A stretch of 64,000 bases of DNA from an uncultured Chloroflexia bacterium. Lineage in GTDB: Bacteria > Chloroflexota > Limnocylindria > Limnocylindrales > CSP1-4. The notes under the pieces are model-generated. The model ran no database searches. It was not told the DNA's origin and worked only from the letters and a program-made list of their open reading frames with translations. The translations under genes and the position numbers were made by a program. Positions 44,428 to 53,172 of this stretch are shown here, piece after piece (the stretch's first letter is position 1; each line of letters begins with the position of its first letter). The stretch covers positions 66,407-130,406 of the forward strand of contig CAVOJY010000003.1 in the NCBI GenBank assembly GCA_963696405.1, written 5' to 3'.

Positions 44428-46464
44428 ATGCGGCTCTGGGGAGGGCGTTTCACGGGAGAAAGCGATCCGGGCGTTGCAGCGTTCACGCGGTCGCTCGAGA
44501 TCGACCGCCTCCTGGCGGCCGACGACATCGCAGGCTCGATCGCCCACGTGCACGGCCTCCTCCGCGCTGCCCTCGTCTCCCAGGCCGATGCTGACTCGAT
44601 CGTGGCTGGGCTGGAGGCGCTCCGCTCGGAGATCGAGGCTGGCACCTTCCCCTGGGACCCGGCGCTCGAGGATGTCCACCTCAACGTCGAGGCGGCCCTC
44701 ACCGCCCGGATCGGCCCTGTCGCCGGGAGGCTGCATACAGGGCGGTCCAGGAACGACCAGGTTGCGCTCGACCTGCGGCTCTGGCTTCGCCGGACGAGCC
44801 GCGACGTCGACGCGGGCGCCCGGGACCTGCAGCGAGCCCTGGTCGAACGGGCGGAGCGGGACGGGGAGGCGGTCCTGCCCGGGATGACGCACGGACAACC
44901 GGCACAACCGGTGCTCCTCGCGCACCATCTCCTGGCCTACGTCGAGATGCTCGAGCGCGACCGCGGTCGCTTCGTCGACGCGCAGCGCCGGGCCGATCGC
45001 TGCCCGCTCGGCGCGGGAGCGCTGGCAGGCGCCGGGTTCGCCCTGGACCGCGAAGCAACCGCCGCGGAGCTCGGGTTCGCGGGCGTCACCACCAACTCGA
45101 TCGACGCAGTGAGCGACCGCGATTTCGTGGTGGAGTTCCTGTCGGCGGCCGCGCTCTGCATGACCCACCTCTCGAGGCTGGCCGAGGAGCTCGTGTGGTG
45201 GTCGAACCCGGCGTTCGGCTGGGTCGAGCTCTCGGACGCGCACGCCACCGGCTCCTCGATGATGCCGAACAAGAAGAACCCCGACCCGTGCGAGCTCGTG
45301 CGGGGGCGCGCCGCCCGCGTCCACGGGCATCTGACGACCATGCTCGGCGTACTCAAGGGGCTGCCGCTGGCCTACCAGCGCGACCTCCAGGAGGACAAGG
45401 CGCCGCTCTTCGACACCGCGGACGTGCTTGAAGCGTCGCTGCGGGTCATGGCGGCGGTCATCGGGGGGCTCACCTTCCACCCGGAGCGGATGCGCCGTGC
45501 CGCGCTGACCGGGCACGTCACGGCTACTTCGGTCGCCGACGCGCTGGTCGAACGCGGGCTGCCGTTCCGGGCTGCGCATCATGTCGTCGGCCGCCTCGTG
45601 GCGGAGGCTGAGGGGGCGGGGGTGCGCCTGGACGAGCTTCCGGACTCGGCGTTCTCGGCCGCGCTCGCCGCGGAGGAGCATGACGACGCGCGCCGGATCG
45701 CGTCCCAGGCCCGGGAGACGGAGACGCTCGCGGCGGCCCTCCGCGAAGCCGCGACGCTCGAGGCCGCGATCGCGCGCCCCCGCGTCACCGGAGGTACCGC
45801 ACCGGAACGGGTCCGCGACGCGGTCGTGGCGGCACGGCGCCGGCTCGACGAGGACTGGCGAGCAGCCTGGGATGAGCGCCACGCGGCGGAGGAGCACATC
45901 GAGGCTGCGGACCCCAATCCCCACCTGGTCGCCGAGGTGAGCGGGCTGGCGCCCGGACGGGCCCTCGACCTGGCAACCGGCGCCGGGACGAACGCGTTGT
46001 GGCTCGCCGCGCACGGGTGGCACGTCACCGCGATCGACTTCTCGAGGGTCGGGCTCGAGAAGGCGCGTCACCAGGCGGGCGAGGCGGGTCTTGCCGTGGA
46101 CTGGGTCCTGGCCGACCTCCGCGAGTTCGACCCGCCGCGGCGCGCCTACGACCTGGTGACCATCGCGTTCCTCCACCTGCCCGTCGACGAGCGCCGCCCG
46201 ATCTACCGCCGGGCAGCGGAGGCCGTGGCCCCCGGCGGCACGCTCCTCGTCATCGGCCACGACCGCTCGAACCTCTCGCAGGGTGTGGGCGGGCCGCAGG
46301 ACCCTTCGGTCCTCTTCACGCCGGACGAGATCGCAGCGGATCTCGGCGAGCTCGAGGTCGTGCGATCCGAGGTGGTGCCGCGACCCACGGGGTCCGGGAG
46401 GAGCGCCCTCGACGCGGTCGTGCGGGCGGTTCGACCGCCTGCCGGGGACCGATCCCCGGCCTGA
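44428..46464 (+). CDS. argH: Argininosuccinate lyase fused to a C-terminal class I SAM-dependent methyltransferase domain
   Basis: MRLWGGRFTGE..., GRSRNDQV and GSSMMPNKKNPDPCE signature, then about 200 aa with ALDLATGAGTNALWLAAHGWHVTAIDFS...LVTIAFLHLP...PGGTLLVIGH. GGGGAGG SD before ATG 44428. Confidence 0.85.
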   Translation: MRLWGGRFTGESDPGVAAFTRSLEIDRLLAADDIAGSIAHVHGLLRAALVSQADADSIVAGLEALRSEIEAGTFPWDPALEDVHLNVEAALTARIGPVAGRLHTGRSRNDQVALDLRLWLRRTSRDVDAGARDLQRALVERAERDGEAVLPGMTHGQPAQPVLLAHHLLAYVEMLERDRGRFVDAQRRADRCPLGAGALAGAGFALDREATAAELGFAGVTTNSIDAVSDRDFVVEFLSAAALCMTHLSRLAEELVWWSNPAFGWVELSDAHATGSSMMPNKKNPDPCELVRGRAARVHGHLTTMLGVLKGLPLAYQRDLQEDKAPLFDTADVLEASLRVMAAVIGGLTFHPERMRRAALTGHVTATSVADALVERGLPFRAAHHVVGRLVAEAEGAGVRLDELPDSAFSAALAAEEHDDARRIASQARETETLAAALREAATLEAAIARPRVTGGTAPERVRDAVVAARRRLDEDWRAAWDERHAAEEHIEAADPNPHLVAEVSGLAPGRALDLATGAGTNALWLAAHGWHVTAIDFSRVGLEKARHQAGEAGLAVDWVLADLREFDPPRRAYDLVTIAFLHLPVDERRPIYRRAAEAVAPGGTLLVIGHDRSNLSQGVGGPQDPSVLFTPDEIAADLGELEVVRSEVVPRPTGSGRSALDAVVRAVRPPAGDRSPA

Positions 46465-46495
46465 CGGTCGCAACGGGGCATCCGGGCCGAGCATC

Positions 46496-46514
46496 GAGGG
46501 GCCATTTGGCCCTC
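46496..46514 (+). terminator. Weak hairpin downstream of argH fusion (possible terminator)
   Basis: gaggggcc-attt-ggccctc, a stem of about 7 bp with one bulge. No clear U-tract. Confidence 0.25.
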
Positions 46515-46536
46515 CCATTCGGTCCGCGCGGCGCTT

Positions 46537-46560
46537 ATTCGAAATGTCGCAATTCGCAAT
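46537..46560. promoter_or_regulatory. AT-rich repeated element ATTCGAAAT-N6-ATTCGCAAT just upstream of the ArsR-family gene (candidate operator/promoter)
   Basis: Read directly. Each half is near-palindromic. It ends 10 nt before the GTG start at 46570. Confidence 0.35.
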
Positions 46561-46569
46561 AGTGGGCTG

Positions 46570-46917
46570 GTGGACGAGGCCTACGTACTCCAGGCCGAAG
46601 TGCTCAAGGCGCTCGGCAACCCGCGCCGCCTCGAGATCTTCCAGTGCCTCTGCAACGGGCCGGTGGAGGTCGGCGTGCTCGTGGACCGGCTCGGCGCGAG
46701 CCAGTCGGGCGTCTCGCAGCACCTGGCTGTCCTGCGCGCAGCCGGGCTCGTGGAACGGGACCGCAACGGCCCCGGTGTCCGCTACCGGCTCAGCGATCCC
46801 GACTACGTCGAGGCCTGCCGGATCATGCGCGGCGCCATCCGACGCAGGCTGGCCAGGCTCGCCGAGGCGTCGTCCGGGGAGTTCGCGCTGGCGCTCGAAC
46901 CACGAACCAGAGGGTGA
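46570..46917 (+). CDS. ArsR/SmtB-family transcriptional repressor with Cys pair placed as in persulfide-sensing BigR/SqrR-type members
   Basis: LKALGNPRRLEIFQCLCNGPVEVGVLVDRLGASQSGVSQHLAVLRAAGLVERDRNG. Cys in helix-2 region (FQCLC) and in the C-terminal helix (EACRIM). Confidence 0.85.
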   Translation: MDEAYVLQAEVLKALGNPRRLEIFQCLCNGPVEVGVLVDRLGASQSGVSQHLAVLRAAGLVERDRNGPGVRYRLSDPDYVEACRIMRGAIRRRLARLAEASSGEFALALEPRTRG

Positions 46918-46919
46918 CG

Positions 46920-47285
46920 ATGGCAGACCACGAGAAGCTGGTGATCATGGCGACCCACGGACCCGAGGACCGGGTGCGGGCGGTGATCCCGTTCGTGATG
47001 GGGGTCGCGGCGGTCGTATCGGATGTCGAGTGCATCATCGGGTTCCAGGGGACCTCGGTCGAGCTGCTGCGCGACGACACGGCCGACCACATCGAGGTGA
47101 CCGGCTTCCCGCCGCTGCGCCAGCTCATGGACGATTTCGTCGAGCAGGGCGGCAAGATGCTCGTCTGCGCCCCGTGCGTCGAGGCGCGCGACCTCACGCC
47201 CGCCCCCCACTTCCAGGTCGAGCTCGTGCACGCCGCGCGCTTCGTGGCGGAGATCTGCTCGGCAACGAACGCGCTTACCTACTGA
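46920..47285 (+). CDS. DsrE/DsrF-like family sulfur-relay protein
   Basis: KLVIMATHGPEDRVRAVIPF...KMLVCAPCVEARDL. DsrE-fold pattern with a conserved Cys. Confidence 0.8.
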   Translation: MADHEKLVIMATHGPEDRVRAVIPFVMGVAAVVSDVECIIGFQGTSVELLRDDTADHIEVTGFPPLRQLMDDFVEQGGKMLVCAPCVEARDLTPAPHFQVELVHAARFVAEICSATNALTY

Positions 47286-47311
47286 GAAACGTCAGGCGAG
47301 GAGACGGGACA

Positions 47312-47584
47312 ATGGACGTCACAGGTTCGATGAGCCCTCAGGAACTCGGGCAGCTTGCCGACCTCAAGGTCGTGGATGCCCGGGGCAGCGCGTGCCCCGG
47401 CCCGCTGCTCGATGCCAAGCGGGGCATCGCGACCGTCCCGGTCGGCGACGTGATCGAGATCTGGTCGAGCGATCCCGGTACGAAGGCAGACGTGTCCGTC
47501 TGGTCGGCGAAGGTTGGCCACGGCTTCCTCGGCTACCTTCCGGTGGACGGGTACGACCGGGTCTTCGTGCGCCGGGGAAAGTAG
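47312..47584 (+). CDS. TusA/SirA-family sulfurtransferase
   Basis: VDARGSACPGPLLDAKRGI (CPxP motif) and VIEIWSSDPG. GAGGAG SD. Confidence 0.85.
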   Translation: MDVTGSMSPQELGQLADLKVVDARGSACPGPLLDAKRGIATVPVGDVIEIWSSDPGTKADVSVWSAKVGHGFLGYLPVDGYDRVFVRRGK

Positions 47585-47633
47585 GGACGCAGGGGCAGCG
47601 CCGGGTCGCGTCGAGCGTGAGACCGACATCGCG

Positions 47634-48077
47634 ATGACCGTCGAGGCCGGGCCCGGGGCTGCCACGTCGGTGCCGAAGATGCTCGTGATCGCGACACTGC
47701 TCTGCTCGTACCCGGGCATCGACGCCACCGGCCAGGCCCACATGGAGTACCCCCCGAACACCTACGTCATCCCCACGCCGGACCCGGTGATGTTCCCCGA
47801 GAGCTTCTACCTCTACTGCTTCGAGCGCGGGATCGATGGCATCCTCATCGCCTCCTGCGGGACCGACAGCCCGTACGAGGGCTCCTACGAGCAGCTGGCG
47901 GCGCGCATCAACGCCGTGTACAGGCTCATGCGGGAGCGCGGCATCGACGTCCACCGCCTGAAGCTCACCTCCATCTGCAGCGTCTGCACAAAGGCCTTCG
48001 TCAAGGAGGTCGAATCCATGACCGCGGTCATGGACGAGCTGGGACCGGTCGAGCGGCCCGTCCCGGCCATGTCGTGA
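47634..48077 (+). CDS. MvhD/FlpD-like (methyl-viologen-reducing hydrogenase delta subunit family) protein, Cys-depleted
   Basis: LVIATLLCSYPGIDATG...YPPNTYVIPTPDPV...GIDGILIASCGTDSPYEGSYEQ...RGIDVHRLKL follows the FlpD domain order, but several family Cys positions are substituted. Start is 47634 or 47679. Confidence 0.6.
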   Translation: MTVEAGPGAATSVPKMLVIATLLCSYPGIDATGQAHMEYPPNTYVIPTPDPVMFPESFYLYCFERGIDGILIASCGTDSPYEGSYEQLAARINAVYRLMRERGIDVHRLKLTSICSVCTKAFVKEVESMTAVMDELGPVERPVPAMS

Positions 48078-48084
48078 GGGAACC

Positions 48085-49530
48085 GTGGCGCAGGCAGCGG
48101 CGGTGATTGGGGCCACGACGGAGGCGGCCGGGGCGGCCGGAGGCGGCGGCACGGTGGACACGGACGTCCTGGTCGTTGGCGGCGGGATCGCCGGCCTGTC
48201 GGCCGCGATCGACCTGGCGGACCAGGGACATCGTGTCCTCCTCGTGGAGCGGGAGCCGAGCATCGGCGGGAAGATGATCGGGCTGTCGAAGGTCTTCCCG
48301 ACGATGGACTGCTCGAGCTGCATCACCACGCCGCGGATGTCGGCCGCGGCGCACCACCAGAACATCACCATCCTGACCCACACCGACGTGGAGTCGATCG
48401 TCCCGGTCACCGGGGGGTTCGAGGCCGCCCTCACCCGGCGGCCAACCTACGTGGACGAGGATCTCTGCATCGGTTGTCGCCTCTGCGAGTACGCCTGTCC
48501 GGTCGACATCCCGCACGAGTTCGAGGGGAATATGGGCGCGCGGCGGGCGGCCTACATCCCGTTCAACACGGCGATTCCGCAGAAGGCGGTCATCGACCTC
48601 GACAACTGCGTGCTGTGCGGCCGCTGCGAGAAGGCGTGTCCGACCGACGCGATCGACTGGCTCCAGGAGCCCCGCGCGGTGCAGGTCCGTGCCCGTGCCG
48701 CTCTGCTGGCGACGGGATACCGCACCACCCCCCTCGAGGCGAAGAAGGAGTACCTCGGCGGCCGTGCCGCGAACGTGGTCGGCGGCATGGACATGGAGCG
48801 CCTGCTCGCCCCGAACGGCCCCTACAACCGCGTCCTCCGCCCCTCCGACGGGAAGGTCCCCGAGAGCGTCGCCTACGTGCAGTGCGCGGGCTCGCGCGAC
48901 GAGACGCTCGGCGTGCCGTACTGCTCGCGCGTGTGCTGCATGTACGCCGTCAAGCAGTCCATGCTCCTGTCGGGCGCCCTGCCCCTCGCGGACATCACCA
49001 TCTACTACATGGACATCCGCGCGTTCGGCAAGGGCTACGAGCAGTTCTTCCAGGCCGCCCAGGCGATGGGCGTGAGCTTCGTGAAGGCGAAGGTGGCGAA
49101 GATCGCCGAGCTGCCCAACGGCGACCTGGCGCTCCGGGTCGAGCGGATGGAGGAGGACGGGCGGGTCGACGAGGCCGTCCACGACCTGGTCGTGCTCTCG
49201 GTGGGCGTCCGGCCGGGTGACGAGGCGAGCCGGTTCGCGCCCGTCGAACTCGATCGACACGGGTTCGTGCGGTCCGTGGAGCCCAAGCTCGATGTGACCC
49301 TCACCAGCGTCCCCGGAATCTTCGCCGCGGGGACGGCGATCGGGCCCAAGGACATCGTCGACACGGTCGTGGAGGCGAGCGCGGCGGCCGCCCGTGTGGC
49401 GCAGTACCTGGGCGGGTCCGCGGCAGAGCCAGCCCGCGGGCGCCGGCCGGCGGTCACCGTCGAGGTCCGCGAGATGGGCCCGGCCGAACTGCAGGCCGCC
49501 GGTGTGCTGGCCGAGGTCCACGATGCCTGA
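48085..49530 (+). CDS. HdrA/QmoA-like FAD-dependent oxidoreductase with inserted 2x[4Fe-4S] ferredoxin domain
   Basis: DVLVVGGGIAGLSAAIDLADQGHRVLLVEREPSIGGKM...PTMDCSSCI...CIGCRLCEYACP...CVLCGRCEKACP...PGIFAAGTAIGP. Confidence 0.85.
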   Translation: MAQAAAVIGATTEAAGAAGGGGTVDTDVLVVGGGIAGLSAAIDLADQGHRVLLVEREPSIGGKMIGLSKVFPTMDCSSCITTPRMSAAAHHQNITILTHTDVESIVPVTGGFEAALTRRPTYVDEDLCIGCRLCEYACPVDIPHEFEGNMGARRAAYIPFNTAIPQKAVIDLDNCVLCGRCEKACPTDAIDWLQEPRAVQVRARAALLATGYRTTPLEAKKEYLGGRAANVVGGMDMERLLAPNGPYNRVLRPSDGKVPESVAYVQCAGSRDETLGVPYCSRVCCMYAVKQSMLLSGALPLADITIYYMDIRAFGKGYEQFFQAAQAMGVSFVKAKVAKIAELPNGDLALRVERMEEDGRVDEAVHDLVVLSVGVRPGDEASRFAPVELDRHGFVRSVEPKLDVTLTSVPGIFAAGTAIGPKDIVDTVVEASAAAARVAQYLGGSAAEPARGRRPAVTVEVREMGPAELQAAGVLAEVHDA

Positions 49531-51589
49531 CGAACCACGGATCGGCGTCTACGTCTGCCACTGCGGCGGCAACATCTCCGACGTCGTGGACGTCGACCGC
49601 GTGGCCGATGAAGTCGGCCGGCTCCCGGGCGTGGACGTGGCCCGGCACATCATGTTCATGTGCTCCGACGAAGGGCAGGCGGCCATCTCCGAGGACATCG
49701 CCGCGCGCGGCCTCGACCGGGTCATCGTCGCGGCCTGCACCCCGAAGCTCCACGAGACGACGTTTCAGCGCGTCCTCGTCCGCGGCGGCCTGAATCCGTA
49801 CCTCTTCCTTCCGGCCAACGTCCGGGAGCAGGTCAGCTGGGCCCACCCGCACGAGCCTGAAGCGGCCACGGAGAAGGCGATCCGCGTCGTCCGGGCGGCG
49901 GTGGCGAAGGCGCGGCTGCTCAAGCCGCTCGACAACGTGCGGGTGGACGCGGTCCACCGGGCCCTCGTCATCGGCGGGGGCGTTGCAGGGCTGCGCGCCG
50001 CGCTCGATCTCGCGCGGGGCGGGATCGAGGTGGACCTGGTCGAGCAGGCGCCGTTCCTGGGCGGTCGGGCGGCGCAGCTCCACCGCGTCTACCCAACCGA
50101 GGAGGAGGCGCGCCCGCTCGTCGATCGCCTCGTCCAGGCCGTCGTTGCCGAGCCCCGGATCGTGGTGCGGACCCTGACGGAAGTGGTGGGCCTGACGGGC
50201 TACGTCGGCGATTTCGCGGTCACCCTCCGGACGACGCCCCGCGGCGTGGCTGCCCACCTCGCCGGCCCCGCGGCCGACGCGGCCATCGAGGCGTGCCCGG
50301 TGGAGGTACCCGACGAGTTCAACTACGGCCTGGGGACCCGCCGGGCGATCCACCGCCCGTACCGGGACGCCTGGCCGCCCCACCCCGCCATCGACTGGGC
50401 AGCGTGCACCCGCTGCGGTGACTGCGTTCGCGCTGCCGACGCGGCGGGCGCCGCGGCCGCCATCAGCCTGGACGCCACTCCCGCGGAAACGACCATCGAG
50501 GTGGGGGCCATCGTCGCCGCGACCGGCTTCGACCACTACGAGCCACGCCCGGGTGAGTACGGATACGGCGAGCTGCCCGGCGTCGTGACGCTTCCGCAGC
50601 TCCACCGCACGCTCGACCCCGAGGGGCCCACCGGAGGGCGCCTGGAACGGGACGGCCGGCCGGTGCGCTCGGTCGCCTTCATCCACTGCGTCGGGAGCCG
50701 CCAGATCGAGGGGGTCGATGAGCCCGGCCGCAGCGGGCGCCTGAACGAGTACTGCTCGCGGGTCTGCTGCACGGCGACGCTCCAGGCGGCGTGCGAGATC
50801 CGGGAACGCCACCCGAACGTTCGGGTCGTCGACGTCTACCGGGACATCCGGACATACCAGGTGGACCAGGAGGACTACTACGTCAACGCCTCGAAACGGG
50901 GCGTTCTCTTCGTTCGCTTCAGCCAGGAGACACGGCCTGCCGTCGAGGTCGCGCCGGCGGACGATCCGTTCCCGCTGCTCGTGCGGGTCCGCGACACCCT
51001 GACCTTCGGGCGGGAGATGGAGATCCCGGCCGATCTCGTCGTGCTCGCGGTGGGCATGGAGCCGCGCGACATCGGCGGGCTGGTCGAGCTGACGAAGGCG
51101 CCCATCGGCTCGGACAGCTTCCTCCTCGAGGTCCACCCGAAGCTGCGCCCCGTCGAGAGCGCCATTCCCGGGCTGCTGCTGGCGGGAACCGCGCAGGCCC
51201 CCATGGACATCACCGAGGCAACGTCGGCGGCAACCGCGGCCGTGGCCAAGGTCGCCACCCTCCTCGCCCACGACTACGTCGAGATGGAGCCGTTCGTGGC
51301 GAAGGTCGATCCGACCCGCTGCACCGGCACGGGCGCCTGCCTCGACGCCTGCCGGTACGCCGGGGCCATCGCGCTCCAGGAGGTCGAAGTCGAGGAGGGG
51401 GTGTTCGTGCGCCGCGCGTACGTCAACCCGGTCGCCTGCAAGGGGTGCGGCGCGTGCGTGCCGGTCTGCCCGGCGGGGGCCATCGACGTCCAGGGCTGGG
51501 AGATGGACCAGTTCCGGGCCATGATCGACGCGATCTGCAGTGACCCGCCGGCTGTCGAGGCCGTCCCGGCCGGGGGCGCGGTCCAGTGA
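49523..51589 (+). CDS. HdrA/QmoB-like large flavo-iron-sulfur subunit
   Basis: N-terminal RIGVYVCHCGGNISDVVDV, FAD fold ALVIGGGVAGLRAALDL, CVGSRQ...YCSRVCC, and C-terminal ferredoxin CTGTGACLDACR...CKGCGACVPVCP. Overlaps the upstream gene by 8 nt. Confidence 0.85.
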   Translation: MPDEPRIGVYVCHCGGNISDVVDVDRVADEVGRLPGVDVARHIMFMCSDEGQAAISEDIAARGLDRVIVAACTPKLHETTFQRVLVRGGLNPYLFLPANVREQVSWAHPHEPEAATEKAIRVVRAAVAKARLLKPLDNVRVDAVHRALVIGGGVAGLRAALDLARGGIEVDLVEQAPFLGGRAAQLHRVYPTEEEARPLVDRLVQAVVAEPRIVVRTLTEVVGLTGYVGDFAVTLRTTPRGVAAHLAGPAADAAIEACPVEVPDEFNYGLGTRRAIHRPYRDAWPPHPAIDWAACTRCGDCVRAADAAGAAAAISLDATPAETTIEVGAIVAATGFDHYEPRPGEYGYGELPGVVTLPQLHRTLDPEGPTGGRLERDGRPVRSVAFIHCVGSRQIEGVDEPGRSGRLNEYCSRVCCTATLQAACEIRERHPNVRVVDVYRDIRTYQVDQEDYYVNASKRGVLFVRFSQETRPAVEVAPADDPFPLLVRVRDTLTFGREMEIPADLVVLAVGMEPRDIGGLVELTKAPIGSDSFLLEVHPKLRPVESAIPGLLLAGTAQAPMDITEATSAATAAVAKVATLLAHDYVEMEPFVAKVDPTRCTGTGACLDACRYAGAIALQEVEVEEGVFVRRAYVNPVACKGCGACVPVCPAGAIDVQGWEMDQFRAMIDAICSDPPAVEAVPAGGAVQ

Positions 51590-51879
51590 CCGGGCATACC
51601 GACCGCACGGCGCTCCAGCTCCTGAAGGAGCGCCGCGGCCCGCTGCCGAAGGAGCTGCTCGACCGCGTCCGCGCGCAGAACGCCGCCAGGTCGGCCATTC
51701 GGAAGGCCCTGGCAGCCGGTCCCCTCACGCCGCCCGAGGTCGCGGAGGCGGCTGGCATCGCGCCGCGCGAGGCGATCTGGCTGCTCACCGCCATGCGCAA
51801 GTACGGCCAGGTCGTCGAGGAGGGGCAGGACGGCGACTACCCGCGTTTTGCCCTGGCCCCGACGGAGACGCCCCGATGA
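51586..51879 (+). CDS. Small winged-helix-like protein (hypothetical)
   Basis: 97 aa. LTPPEVAEAAGIAPREAIWLLTAMRKYGQVVEEGQDGDYPRFAL looks like a wHTH. Coupled on both sides (GTGA and ATGA overlaps). Confidence 0.55.
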   Translation: MTGHTDRTALQLLKERRGPLPKELLDRVRAQNAARSAIRKALAAGPLTPPEVAEAAGIAPREAIWLLTAMRKYGQVVEEGQDGDYPRFALAPTETPR

Positions 51880-53132
51880 CGGCCACCGCAGCCGCTCCGG
51901 CGGCCGTCCGGGTCGACCAGGCGTTCCTGCCGGAACTCCGTCGCTTTGGCGCCTTCGACATCGATGCCTGCTTCAACTGCGGCAACTGCACGGCGATCTG
52001 CCCGCTCACCGTCGACGGGGAGGCGTTCCCGCGGCGGGCCATCCGCTACGCCCAGGTCGGGATGCGCAACGAGCTTCTGGCGAGCCGGGAGCTGTGGCTC
52101 TGCTACGGCTGTTCGGAGTGCTCCGAGACGTGCCCGCGCCAGGCGGAGCCCGGCGAGTTCATGGCCGCGGCCCGGCGGTACGCGATCGCCGGATACGATC
52201 GGACCGGCCTCGCCCGCCTCCTGTTCACGAGGCCCGCCGTCGGCGCCCTCGCGGCCATCCTGCTCGCCGTGGTGTTCGCGCTGTTCATGGCCGGCGCCCG
52301 CGGGCCGATGCCGGTGGAACAGCTCGCGCTGTTCGAATGGATTCCCGCCGAGCTCGTTCACAACCTGGGGCTCGCCGTCATCATCATCGTGGCGATCGCC
52401 GGGGTGGCAGGCCTTGCCGCGATGTTCCTGCGCCTTGCCCGGGCACGGCCCGGAAGCGCGACGGCGACGCGGCCGGGGGCCGTGGGGCGCGCTATCTGGT
52501 CGGCGGTCGTGGTCGAGTCGCTCGGCCAGAAGCGGTACCGCGAGGAATGCGAATCCGGCGCGGCCACCCCGGCCGGCTCCGCCGCGGGCGTCTCCGCCGC
52601 GGGCGGCTCGCGCCCGGCGGTCGGGGAAGACCTCGTCCCGTGGTATCGCCGCCGATGGTTCGTTCACGCCACGATCATGTGGGGCTTCCTGGGCCTGCTC
52701 GCGGCCACCATGCTTGACTACGGGCTGGAGCTCACGGGGATCAAGCCGACCGGGACGCCGGTGCCGATCTGGTACCCGGTGCGGCTGCTGGGTACGGTGG
52801 CGGGGATCCTGCTCGTCTACGGGACCACCGTGGCGATCGTCCGGCGCCTGAGACGTTCCGACCGGTACGCCCGGCGCTCGCAGCCATCCGACTGGCTCTT
52901 CCTGACCCTGCTCTGGACGAGCGGTGCAAGCGGCTTCGCCATCGAGGCCGCGCTCTACCTGCCCGATCCCCCGGCCTGGGGGTACTGGGTCTTCCTCTTC
53001 CACGTGGCAGTGGCCATGGAGCTCGTCCTTCTCGCGCCGTTCACGAAGTTCGCCCATGCCATCTATCGACCGCTGGCGCTCCTCTTCCGGGCGCTCGACC
53101 GCCCGCCGGGAGGTGTTCCATCGACACGCTGA
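51876..53132 (+). CDS. QmoC-like fusion: HdrC-type 2x[4Fe-4S] domain + HdrE/NarI-like membrane di-heme b domain
   Basis: CFNCGNCTAICP and CYGCSECSETCP, followed by about 6 TM helices with conserved His (WFVHATIMWGF, FLFHVAVAMELV, FTKFAHAIYRP). Confidence 0.8.
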   Translation: MTATAAAPAAVRVDQAFLPELRRFGAFDIDACFNCGNCTAICPLTVDGEAFPRRAIRYAQVGMRNELLASRELWLCYGCSECSETCPRQAEPGEFMAAARRYAIAGYDRTGLARLLFTRPAVGALAAILLAVVFALFMAGARGPMPVEQLALFEWIPAELVHNLGLAVIIIVAIAGVAGLAAMFLRLARARPGSATATRPGAVGRAIWSAVVVESLGQKRYREECESGAATPAGSAAGVSAAGGSRPAVGEDLVPWYRRRWFVHATIMWGFLGLLAATMLDYGLELTGIKPTGTPVPIWYPVRLLGTVAGILLVYGTTVAIVRRLRRSDRYARRSQPSDWLFLTLLWTSGASGFAIEAALYLPDPPAWGYWVFLFHVAVAMELVLLAPFTKFAHAIYRPLALLFRALDRPPGGVPSTR

Positions 53133-53172
53133 CGCCTCGCCCGCCGCCCCCCACCACGAGAGGATCCAGACC

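Noticed and set aside
44365-46722. 785-aa minus-strand ORF
   Set aside because: It is antisense to the argH-methyltransferase fusion and the ArsR gene, and it has no domain signal.
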